Source: the human T2T-CHM13v2.0 reference genome, Homo sapiens. From it: DNA of 64,000 nt. Each line of letters starts with the position of its first letter. Positions within the stretch are counted from its first letter, which is position 1. The stretch is taken from NCBI RefSeq assembly GCF_009914755.1, contig NC_060947.1, one strand, 5' to 3'. A program made the position numbers and the translations under genes. The notes beneath the pieces are model-generated. The model saw only the letters and a program-made list of their open reading frames with translations. It did not search any database and was not told where the DNA came from. This document shows, piece after piece, positions 26,462-38,438 of the stretch.

Positions 26462-26659
26462 GACTGAAGACAATCCTTGGAAACATCCACAGCTATCGCC
26501 CAGGTTACTAAGGAAAGACTTGTGTGATGGCAGGATGTGGACATCTTTAGGGGGCGTTTTCCTGCCTCACATAGCATCATTGTGTATTTTTTCCCAGTAG
26601 TGTTCAGCTATACATGTGCAGTCCTGAAACTGGCAAAGGACAGGATATTAACAGGGTTT

Positions 26660-27060
26660 GGGTTTTGCCAACAAGTACAGCTGAGAGAGATGTGCAAGAG
26701 TTGAAGAGGTGTGCAAGGAAGTGACTAAAATGATCATTAAAATCAAGATTTTAGAGGTGGTTTGTTCAGTTTTTGGTAACAACAGTTCAAAGATATGACC
26801 CTGAAAATGGGTAGATCAGGTAGATCAGGAAAAGATCATTAGAGATGAGAAAGTCGAGGAACTGAAGAGCCAGAATATTGTATGAATCATCCATATGGAT
26901 GTTAAAGTCACCAGGAATATTACCAGCATTAGGGAGGGAGAGGAAGAAAGCGGGCCAAGTACTAAAAGTCATTATTGAATGACAGAAAGTAACTAGTTTA
27001 GAGGACAGCAAGGAGAGGTGGCAGGTGGTAGGTTAGGATGGCATGAGGTATAAAGGATCT
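26660..27060 (-). mobile_element. L2 ORF2 endonuclease-region remnant
   Basis: Minus-frame translation ...PGDFNIHMDDSYNILALQFLDFLISNDL..., an APE-type GDFN motif in L2/CR1 context. Confidence 0.65.
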
Positions 27061-29039
27061 GGGGAGCCTAAAGAAAAAAAGAGAGATATGAAGCAAGGAG
27101 AATACCTGCCACAGGTCCTATAAACAGATGAGGAGTTCCTACCTTATGAAGGGCAGAGATATAAAATAAGCTCATCACCTTAAACCTATTTAGTATACAT
27201 TGGATGAGCCTCAAGAACCTACATATTAGAAATGCAACAAAGTCAAGCTTCAGCCTCAATATTCAGGCAAATTTTATTTGGCTTGAGTTTCAGTCCTAGG
27301 TTTTGCAAGGCCAAATGGACAACTATATATGTCAACATTATATTCAGCATCATTGAACTTGTGTATGATCATTTATCATGAGTCCATGAAGTTACCATCA
27401 CATGTAATCAGCACACCAATATCAGTAATAAAAAAACACACCATTTGGATTTATTGTCAATATTTGAATGCTCACTTGCAAAAATACATAAGCATGAAGC
27501 ATTCTTCATGTTGAAACCTGGAGTAAATATCTTATTTTATGCTTTGTATATTGAAATTCTCATTAACCAGTGAAAGTAGGCCTGTGTATGTATTATTACA
27601 ATAATAAAATGTTATAACAATTAATGGTGTTTGTGAAAGCTATTCATCTTATATACAAAAACAATTATTATAGTCTTGCGAATGTGTACATAAATAAGGA
27701 AACAGACTGACAATTAATACAAATATTAAGAGAGAGTCTTAGAAAATTTTAGGAAGAATATTATATACTTCTAATCCAACAGATAATTATGTAATCATTA
27801 TATAATTACCTGTTGGCTCAACTATCTGTTGGCAGATAATTATATAATAATAATATAATATAAAATCAGAATGACAGCTTTTATTATCATTTTAATCTTT
27901 AAAAATTACTTGGTGTACTGATTTATGTTAAGTAAAATAACATTTAAAACTGTATTTGATTTAGTTGTTTAATTCCATTTATTCTAATAAAACATCATAA
28001 TATGAGCATAATGCAAATCTTTTACAAGAAACAATTAAAAGTAGAATGTCAATGTTGCCATCTGAAAATTCCATGAGGAAGAAACAAACTCCAAAATCAC
28101 ATACAAAAACATCTATTATAAATCACCTTTGATCCAGAAAGAATACAGAATATAAAGTATGAATAAAGAAGTAAGTATTTAAAAAATGGGTCACCTTAAA
28201 ACTTTATTAATCTTCCACAAACCTAAGTTTAAAATGATCATCTGGCCCAAAGCAATCTACAGCTTCAATGCAATTCCCATCAAAATATCAGGATCATTTT
28301 TCGTAGAATTAGAAAAAACAATTATAAAATTCATATGGAACCAAAAAAAGAGCCCGAAGAGCTAAAGCAATTATAAGCAAAAATAATAAACCTGGAGGCA
28401 TCATATTCCCTGAATTCAGATTATACTACAAGGCCATAGTTACCAAAACAGCCTAGCCCTGGTATAGAAGTAGACACAGAAAACAATGGAACAGAAGAGA
28501 GAATATTTACAACCAATTGATCTTCAACAAAGAATGCAAAAACAAAAATTGTGGAAAGGACACCCTATTTAATAAATAGTGCTGGGAAGACTGGATAGCT
28601 ACATGTAGAAGAATAAAACTGGATCCCCATCTCTCACCTTATACAAAACTCAACTCAAGATGGATCAAAGACATAAATCTAAGATCTGAAACGATAACAA
28701 ATCCAGAAGATAACCTTGGAAAACATCTTCTGGGCATTGGCCTAGGTAAAGAATTTACGACTAAGACCCCAAAAGCAAAGGCAACAAAAACAAAAATAAA
28801 AAAACTAGACCTAATTAAACTAAAAAGTTTCTGTACAGCAAAAGAAATAATCATCAGCATAAACAGGCAACCCAAAGAATGGGGGAAGTATTTGTAAACT
28901 ATGGATCCAACCAAAGACTAATATCCAGAATCTATAAGAAACTCAAATAAATCAGTAAGAAAACAAGCAAACAAATAATCCCATCAAAAGGTGGGCAAAT
29001 TACATGAGTAGGCATTTCTCAAAAGAAGATATAAAAATG

Positions 29040-29838
29040 GGCAACAAACATATGGGAAAAAAATGCTCAACATCACTAATCATCAGGGAAGTACAAATTA
29101 AAACCACAGTGAGATACCATCTTACTCCTGCAGGAGTGGCCATTGATTAAAAAGTCAAAAAACAATAAATGTTGGCATTGATGTGGTTAAAAGGGAACGT
29201 TTATACACTGCTGGTGGGAATGTAAGTTAGTACAACCTCTATAGAGAACAGTATGAAGATTTCTTAAACAACTAAAAGTAAATTTACCATTCCATCTGGC
29301 AATTGCACTACTAAATATCTACCCAAAGGAAAATAAGTCATTATATCAAAAAGACACCTGCAAGTGTATGTTTATTGCAGCACAATTCACAATTGCAAAG
29401 ATATGGAATCAATCTCAGTGTCCATCGATCAAAGAGTGGATAAAGAAAAGGTGGCATGTATACGACATGTAATACTACCCAGTCATAAACACAAATGAAA
29501 TAATGTCTTTTTCAGCAACTGGGATGGGGCTGGAGGCCATTATTCTAAGTGAAGTAACTCAAAAATGGAAAACCAAATACCATATGTTCTCATTTATAAG
29601 TGGGAGCTAAGCTATGGGTACACGAAGGCAGAGTGGTATAATGGACATTGGAGACTCAAAAAGGGGAGGATGGTTGGGGGTGAGGAATAAAAAACTACAT
29701 ATTGGGTACAATGTGCACTACTTGAGTGACAGGTACATTAAATCTCAGACTTCACCACTATACAATTCATCCATGTAACCAAAAGCCACTTGTACCCCAA
29801 AAGCTACTGAAATTTAAAAAATTAATACAAATTTAAAA
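29040..29838 (+). mobile_element. Second L1PB 3' end (PB3-like)
   Basis: aataaaaaactacatattgggtacaatg...aaatctcagacttcaccactatacaattcatccatgtaacc with A-rich tail; 5' junction is seamless so the start is inferred. Confidence 0.7.
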
Positions 29839-32800
29839 ATAAATGGATAGATTGGGGGAAAGATGGCTGACTAGATGCAGCTGGAAGGAATATCTGCCAC
29901 TTGGGGACAGGGACATTGGGAGGACTGATGTGCTCTTTGCAGATTTACGGAGAGAAGTCATTGAGAGTTCACAGAGGGAAGACACAGATGCTGGGCTGAA
30001 GGGAGAGGAAGCTGGAAACCTTGCACAGGGCTACCATGAACTGGCACTCATTCCTGGCCCCGAATCACTCCTGGGAAAGCGGTGAGTCGAACAGACAATG
30101 AGCAATCCGCCTTGGGCCTCTGGAATCCAGGCAGGAGGAGACTCCACAACCACCACAGACACTTGACTCAGCAGGAACAGCTGCTCAGAGAAGTTGTAGG
30201 GGCAGAAGTCTAGTCAATGCAGAGCCCAGAGGGTTTGGTTCAGGAGCGTATGTAGTGGAGCATAGCCAGGGATGCCCATCCCCCTGGGCTCAACTTGCTC
30301 CCATAGGAGACTTTAGCCCTAGTGAAACTGTTGGACCTGAATTCCGCAGGGCAGTCTTGCCCATAAGACAGGTCCATCCAACCTGAGTACCCTTCCGTCT
30401 GCTGCCCTCTCTCAGGGTGCCAGTTTGGCTATGCCTGCTTGCAGTGCAGCCTCAGGTGCCCAGGGTGGGGGTGGGGAATAACCTGTTGGTGGTCTGCATC
30501 ACAGATCCTATGCTGGTGGATCACGCCTGACAGGTAGAGAGCTCCAGCAGAGAGGCACCTGCAAACACACACCAGCCTGCCCTACGCTCTCCCAACTGCA
30601 GCCTCCCTTGTGCCACTTTGCCTGCACACAATCACCCATGGCCACCCTCCACATCGTTTTCCAAAATGCACATGCAAAGATGGACCCAGCCTCCCCTTCC
30701 GCGGCAGTGCACATGTGTGTGCGTGCACTCTGCTGTGCCACTGCTGCTAGTGTGAGTCCACTCCACCCCCTACATGCCGCACTGCCATTGCTGTCAGAGC
30801 ATTGGCAGGCACAGAGCCCGCCAGCCTGGCCCCAGCCAGCACCCTGCCTCTTCATTGGCATTGGTGCTGGAATGAAACTAGGCATGGAGAATAGTGGACC
30901 CTCCCCCACCCTAAGCAGACACCTCCACCTGGGTGAACACACACAGAAAGCATACACAGTCCTGCCCCTGCCAGTGCCCCACTGCCATACTAACACCACC
31001 ACCAACATAAATGCATGCACAGACACCAGCAGGGGCCCCCTGCTACCTCTGCAACCGTGTCATGCTGTCATTGCCACTTCTGCAAACACCTGCAAGGAGG
31101 CCAGCACCCCAGCACCCACTAGCACCCTGCTATAGCCAATGAGCATGCATCCCACCAAGCTGCTGCTGCTGCTGACATGTGTGAACTAGTACAGATCCCA
31201 CTGCCACCACCCTACAAAGTGCTTTGGCTGACACCACCTATTAGAGTGTTGTGACCAGCAGTCTTGGAGCAACTCAGCCGTTCCAGCACAGCAGAATACT
31301 ATCCTTGAAGGGAGAGAGAACAAAGCTGAGGCCTTATACCAGGCGCCAGAGTTAGAACACATCACCCAGGAGTCATGATCTCAGTCTTGGTCCCCTAAAA
31401 TTTTCCAGAAAAGAAGCCCATTGACTGAACCCACCTTATACTACAATGAAAACCCCAGGTCATCAAATAGGATAAAAAAAAAAAACCATTCAAAGGACAG
31501 CAACTTCAAAGACTGAAGGAACATCCGCCCACAAAGATGAGAAAGAACCAGTGAAAGAACTCTGACAACTCAAAAAGCCAGAGTGCCTTCTTTCCTCCAA
31601 AAGACTGCACTAGTTCTCCAGCAAGGGTTCTGAATTGGGCTGAGATGGCTGAGATGACAGAAATAGAGTTCAGAATATGGGTAGAAAAGATCATCGAGAT
31701 TCAGAAGAATGTTGAAACTCAATCCAAGGAAGCTAAAAATTACAATAAAATGATACAGTAGCTGACAGACAAAATAGTCAGTATAGAAAAGAATGTAAGC
31801 TGAAAAACACACTAAAGAATTTCATAATGCACTCGCAAGAATTAACAGCAGAATAGACCAAGGGGAGGACAGAATCTCAAAGCTTCAAGACTGGCTTTCT
31901 GAAATAAGACAGTCAAACAATAAAGAAAAAGAATGAAAAGGAACAAACAAAACTTCCGAGAAATATGGGATTATGTAGAGACCAATTCTACAATTCATTG
32001 CCATCCCCGAAAGAGATGGGGAGGATTGAAGCAACTTGGAAAATATATTTCAGGATACCATCCATGAGAACTTTCCCAATTTAGCTAGGGAGGCCAACAT
32101 TCAAATTTAGGAAACGCAGAGAATCCACATAAAAAGATCTTTCCTAAGACACAAAATCATTAGATTTGTAAAGGACAAAATGAAAGAAAGAATGTTAAAG
32201 GCAGCTCAAGATAAAGAAGAGCTTACCTACAAAAGGAAGCCATGAGATTAACAGCAGACCTCTCAGCAGAAACTGTACAGGCCAGAAGAGACTGGGAGCC
32301 TATATTCAAAATTATTAAAGAAAAGAAATTCCAATCAATAATTTTATATCTGACCAAACTAAGCTTCACAAGTGAAGGAGAAATAAGATTCTTTTCAGAC
32401 AAGCAAATGCTGAGGGAATTCATTACCACCAGATATGCCTTAAAAGAGTTCCTGAAAGAAGCACTATATTTGGAAAGAAAGACTTATCAGCCACAATAGA
32501 AACACACTTAAATATGCAGACCAGTGACACTATAAAGGAACCACGAAAACAACTCTGCATAACAACCAGTTATCAACACGATGACAGGATCAAATCCATA
32601 CATACCAACCTTGAATGTAAACAGGCTAAATGCCCCAATTAAAAGGCACAGAGTGGCAAGCTGGATAAAGAACCAAGACCCAATGGTAGGCTGTTTCAAG
32701 AGACCCATCTCCCATGGAATGACACCCACAGGCTCAAAGTAAAGGAATGGAGAAAAATCTACCAAGCAAATGGAAAACAGAAAAAAGCAGGGGTTAAAAT

Positions 32801-32885
32801 CCTAATTTCAGACAAAAAGACTTTAAACCAACAAATGTCAAAAAAGACAAGGAAGGGCATTACATAATGGTAAGGGGTTCAATTC

Positions 32886-35800
32886 TAATATATACTCCCC
32901 CAACACAGGAGCACCAAAATTCAAAAATCAAGTTCTTAGAGACCTTCAAAGAGACTTAAACTCTGACACAATAATAATGGGAGACTTTAACACCCAACTG
33001 ACAATATTAGACACATCATTGAGACAGAAAATTTAAAAAGATGTTCAGGACCTGAACTCAGCTCTGGATCAAATGGACCTGATAGATATCTACAGAAATC
33101 TCCACCCCAAAACAACAGAATATACATTCTTCTCATCAATACATGACACTTACTCTAAAATCGATCACATAAAGTAAAACACTCCTCAGCAAATGCAAAA
33201 CAACTGAAGTCATAACAGTCTCTTAGACCACAGCACAATCAAATTAGAAATCAAGACTAAGAAATTCACTCAAAACCACACAATTACATGGAAATTAAAT
33301 AACCTTCTCCTGAATGACTTTTGGGTAAATAATGAAATCAAGGCAGAAATCAAGAAGTTCTTTCAAACTAATTAAAACAAATATACAATGTACCAGAATA
33401 TCTGGGATACAGCTAAGGCACTGTTAAGAGAGAAATTTATAGCACTAAACACCCACATCAAAAAGTTAGAAAGATCTCAAGTTAACAACCTAACATTACA
33501 ACTAAAAGAATTACAGAACCAAAAGCAAACAAATCCGAAAGCAAACAGAAGACAAGAAATAACCAAAATCAGAGCTGAACTGACGGAGGCTGAGACACAA
33601 AAAAAAACCATTCAAAAGATTAATAAATCCAACAGCTGGTTTTTTGAAAAAATTAGTAAAATAGACCACTAGCTAGACTAATAAAGAAGAAAAGAGAGAA
33701 GATCCAAATAAACACAATCAGAAATGATAAAAAGGATACTATCACTGACCCCATAGAAATACAAACAACGATCAAAGAATATTATGAACACCTCTATGCA
33801 CATAAACTAGAAAACCTAGAAGAAATGCATGCATTCCTGGACACATACACACTCCCAAGACTGCACCAGGAAGAAATTGAATCCCTGAACAGACCAATAA
33901 TGAGCTCTGAAATTGAATCAGTAATAAATAGCCTACCAACTAAAAAAATTCCAGGACAAGACAGATTCACAGCAAAATTCTATGACATGTGCAAAGAATA
34001 GCTGGTATCATTCCAAATGAAACTATTCCAAAAAAAAACTGGAAAGAAGGGACTCCTCCACAACTCAGTTTTTGAGGCCAGCATCAACCTGATACCAAAA
34101 CCTGGCAGAGATACAACAAAAAAAAGAAAACTTCAGGGCAATATCCTTGATGAACATAGATGCAAAAAATCCTCAGCAAACTACTGGCAAACCAAATCCA
34201 GCAGCACATCAAAAAGCTTATCCACCATGATCAAGTAGGCTTCATTCCCAGGATGAAAGATTGGTTCAACATACACAAATCAATAAATGTGATTCATCAC
34301 ATAAACAGAACTAAAGACAAAAGCCACATGATTATCTCAAAAGATGCAGAAAAGGATTCAGGTAAAATTTAACATTGCTTCATGTTAAAAAACTCTCGAT
34401 AAACTAGGTATTGAAGGAACATATATCAAAATAATGAGAGCCATCTATAACAAACTCACAGCCAACATCATACTGAATGGGCAAAAGTGGGAAGCATTCC
34501 CCTTGAAAACCGGCACGAGACAAGGATGCCCTCTCTCACCACTCCCATTCAACATAGTATTGGAAATTCTGGTCAGGGCAATCAGCCAAGAGAAATAAAT
34601 AAAGAGCATTCAAATAGGAAGTTAAACTATCCCTGTTTGCAGATGACATGATGCTATAGCTAGAAAACCCCATAGTCTCAGCCCCAAAGCTACTTAAGCT
34701 GATAATGAACTTCAGCAAAGTCTCAGCATACAAAATCAATGGGCAAAATACACTAGCATTCCTATACACCAACAACAGCCAAGCATCCAGCCAAATCATA
34801 AACACACTCTCATTCACTATTGCCACAAAAAGAATAAAATACTTAGGAATACAGCTAACCAGGGAGGTGAAAGATCTCTCCAAGGAGAACTACAAACCAT
34901 TGCTCAAATAAATCAGAGATGACATAAACAAATGAAAAAACATTCTTTGCTCATGGATAGGAAGAATCAATATCATAAAAATGTCCATACTGCCCAAAGC
35001 AATTTATAGGTTCAATGTTGTTCCCATTAAACTACCAGTGACATTCTTCACAGAACTAGAAGAAAACTATTTTAAAATTCATATAAAACCCAAAAAGAGC
35101 CCAAATAGCCAAGGCAATCCTTAGCAAAAAGAACAAAGCGGGGGGCATCATGTTACCTAACTTCAAACTATACTACAGGGCTCCAGTAAACAAAAGAGCA
35201 TGGTACTGTTACAGGAACAGACACACAGACCATTGGAACAGAATAGAGAACCTAAAAATAAGACTGTACACATACAAGTATCTGAACTTCAACCAACCTG
35301 ACACAAGCAAACAATGGGGAAAGGATTCCCTATTCAATAAATGGTGTTGGGGTAAACAGCTAGTCATATGCAGAAGATTGAAACTAGACCCCTTCCTTAC
35401 ACCATATGCAAAAATTAACTCAAGATGGAAAAAATGACTTAAATGTAAAACCCAAAACTATAAAATCCCTGGAAGACAACCTAGGCAATACCATTCAGGA
35501 CATAGGCATGGGCAAAGACTTCATGACAAAGATGCCAAAAGCAATTGCAACAAAGCAAAAATTGACATATGGGGTCTAATTTGACTAAAGACCTTCTGCA
35601 CAGCAAAAAAAAAAAAAAAAACTATCAACAGCATAAACAGAAAACCTATAGATCGGGAGAAAATTTTTGAAAACTACGCACCTGACAAAGGTCTACTATC
35701 CAGCATCTATAAGGAACTTAAACAAATTTACAAGAAAAAACAAATGACCCCATTATAATGTGGGCAAAGGACATGAATAGATACTTTTCAAAAGAAGACA

Positions 35801-36600
35801 TACATGCAGCCAACAATCATATGAAAAAAAAGCTCAACATCACTGATTATTAGAGAAATGCAAATCAAAACCACGATGAGATGCCATCTCATACCAGTCA
35901 AAATGGCTATTAATACAATGTCACAAAATAACATACTGGCAATGTTGTGGAGAAAAAGAAATGCTTATACACTGTTGGTGGGAGTATAAATTCGTTCAGC
36001 CATTATGGAAGACAGTGTGGTGATCCCTCAAACACCTAAAGACAGAAATACCATTCGACCCAGCAATCCCATTACTGGGTATACACACAAAGGAAAATAA
36101 ATCATTCTATTATAAAAACACATGCAGACGTATGTTCATTGCAGCATTATTCGCAATAGTAAAGACATGGAGTCCACCTAAATTCCCAACAATGATAGAC
36201 TGGGATAAGAAAATGTAGTACATATACACCATGGAATACTATCCAGTCATAAAAAAGAATGAGATTATGTCTGTTGTAGGAATATGGATGGAGCTGGAGG
36301 CTATTATCTTTAGCAAAGTAATGCAGGAACAGAAAACCAGATACTGCATATTCTCAGTTATAAGTGGTAGCTAAATCATGAGAACACATGGACACATAGA
36401 AGGGACCAACAGACATTGGAGCGTATCAGAGCATAGAGGATGGGAGGATGGAAAGTATTAGGGAAAATAACTAATGGATACTAGGCTTAATGCCTGCGTG
36501 ATGAAATAATATGTAAAACAAACCCCCATGACATATGTTTACCTATGTAAGAAATCTGCACATGTACATTTGAACTTAAAACAAAAGTTTTAAAAAAAAA
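32886..36600 (+). mobile_element. L1PA13-like ORF2 plus 3'UTR nested in the previous element
   Basis: Continuous ORF2 remnants to a 3' end gaaaataactaatggatactaggcttaa...gaacttaaaacaaaagtt with poly(A); host ORF2 restarts at 36601 at the position seen at ~32845. 5' boundary inferred. Confidence 0.78.
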
Positions 36601-37884
36601 AGACAAAGAAGGGCATTACATAATGAAAAAGGATTAATTCAATCAGAAGAGCTAAGTATCCTAAGTATATATGCACCCAACACAGGAGCACCCAGATGCA
36701 TAAAGCAAGTTGTTAAAGACCTTCAAAGACACTTAGACTCCTGCATAATAACAGTGGGAGACTTCAACAACCCACTGACACTATTAGACACATCATCGAG
36801 GCAGAAAATTGACACAGATATTCAGGACCTGAACTCAACATTGGACCAAATGGACCTGATGGACATCTACAGAACTCTCCACCTAAAAAACAACAGAATA
36901 TACATTCTACTCATTGTCGCATGGCACAGACTGTAAAATTGAGCACACAATCAGACATGAAACAATCCTCAGCAAATGCAAAAGGACTGAAATAATACCA
37001 AACACTCTCTTGGATGACAGCACAATAAAAATAGAGATCAAGACTAAGAAATTCACTCAAAATCATAAAATTACATGGAAATTAAACAACGTGGTCCTGA
37101 ATAACTTTTGGTTAAATAATGGAATTAAAGCAGAAATCAAGAAGTTTTTTTAAACTAATGAAAGCAATGTTACAACATATCAGAATCTCTGGGATTCAGC
37201 TAAGACAGTGTTGAGAGGAAAATTTATAGCACTGAATGCCCATATCAAAAAGTTAGAAAGATCTCAAACTAACAACTTACCATCACAACAAAAAGAACTA
37301 GAGAACTAAGAGACAACCAACCCCAAAGCAAGCAGAAGACAAGAAATAAGCAAAATCAGAGATGAACTGGAGAATATTGAGAAACGCACAAAAAAATGCA
37401 AAATATTCATGAATCCCAGAGTTTATTTCTGAAAAAAAGTAAATAGACTGCTAGCTAGACTATTAAAGAAGAAAAGACAGAAGATTCAAATAAACATAAT
37501 CAGAAATGACAAAGGGGATGTCATCACTCACCCCCAAAGAAATACAAATAACCATCATAGACTACTATGAACACCTCTATAAACACAAACTACAAAATCT
37601 AGAAGAAAAAGATAAATTCCTCCACACATACACTGTCCAAAGACTGAAACAGGAAGAAATTGAATCCCTGAACAGACCAATAATGAGCACTGAAATTGAA
37701 TCAGTAACAAATAACCTACCAACCAAAAAAAAGTCCAGGACCAGTCAGACTCAGAGCTGCATTCTACCAGATGTACAAAGAAGATCTGGTCCATTTCTAC
37801 TGAAACTATTCCTAAAAATTGAGGAGGAGAAATTCCTTCCCACTCATTTTATGAAGCCAGCATCATCCTGATATCAAAACTTAG

Positions 37885-38094
<210 letters not shown>

Positions 38095-38403
38095 TGAGGT
38101 ACACAGCTCATCTCATTGGGACTGTTTAGACAGTGGGTGTAGCCCATGGAGGGCAAGCCGAAGCAAGGTGGGGCATCTCCTCACCCGGGAAGTGCAAGGA
38201 ACACCTTCCCTAGCCAAGGGAAGCCGTGAGGAACCCTGCAGTGAGGACCAGTGCATTCCAGCCAGATACTATGCTTTTCCCATGGTCTTTGCAAGCCACA
38301 GACCAGGAGATTCCCTCCGGTGCCTACACCACCAAGGCCCTGGGATTCAAGCACAAAACTGTGCAGCCATTCGGGCAGACACCAAGCTAGCTGCAGGAGT
38401 TTC

Positions 38404-38405
<2 letters not shown>

Positions 38406-38432
<27 letters not shown>
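38406..38432. repeat. (TG)n microsatellite in L1 5'UTR
   Basis: about 13 TG units. Confidence 0.95.

Positions 38433-38438
<6 letters not shown>

Larger units (their letters stand above)
23189..26531 (-). pseudogene. MRRFP1: Processed retrocopy of MRRF mRNA (70-nt 5'UTR, CDS, ~2.5 kb 3'UTR, short poly(A)); likely MRRFP1 or orthologue
   Basis: Intronless MRRF coding sequence; exact 17-bp TSD aggatgtggacatcttt at 23172-23188 and 26532-26548; T8 tract 23186-23193; AATAAA on minus strand at 23207-23212. The locus name is from recall, not checked. Confidence 0.9.
22710..26571 (-). mobile_element. MLT1D-like solo LTR split by the MRRF retrocopy (pieces 22710-23188 and 26549-26571)
   Basis: gattgggcccacctgtatgatccaggataatcttcccatctcaagg...gggattaggatgtggacatcttt resumes after the insert as agggggcgttttcctgcctcaca, the typical MLT1 terminus. 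Confidence 0.8.

Noticed and set aside
26462-26473. Four-codon N-terminal extension (MSSV) in the ORF track
   Set aside because: Starts at TTG in the 5'UTR; the homologous start is the ATG at 26461.
25100-26527. 7-bp tgtgtga repeat as a TSD for a shorter, tailless retrocopy
   Set aside because: Superseded by the exact 17-bp TSD with T-tract, AATAAA and split MLT1 LTR at 23172/26532.
30508-31135. Overlapping 172-aa and 175-aa ORFs
   Set aside because: GC-rich, low-complexity part of an L1 5'UTR with few stops; no domain similarity.
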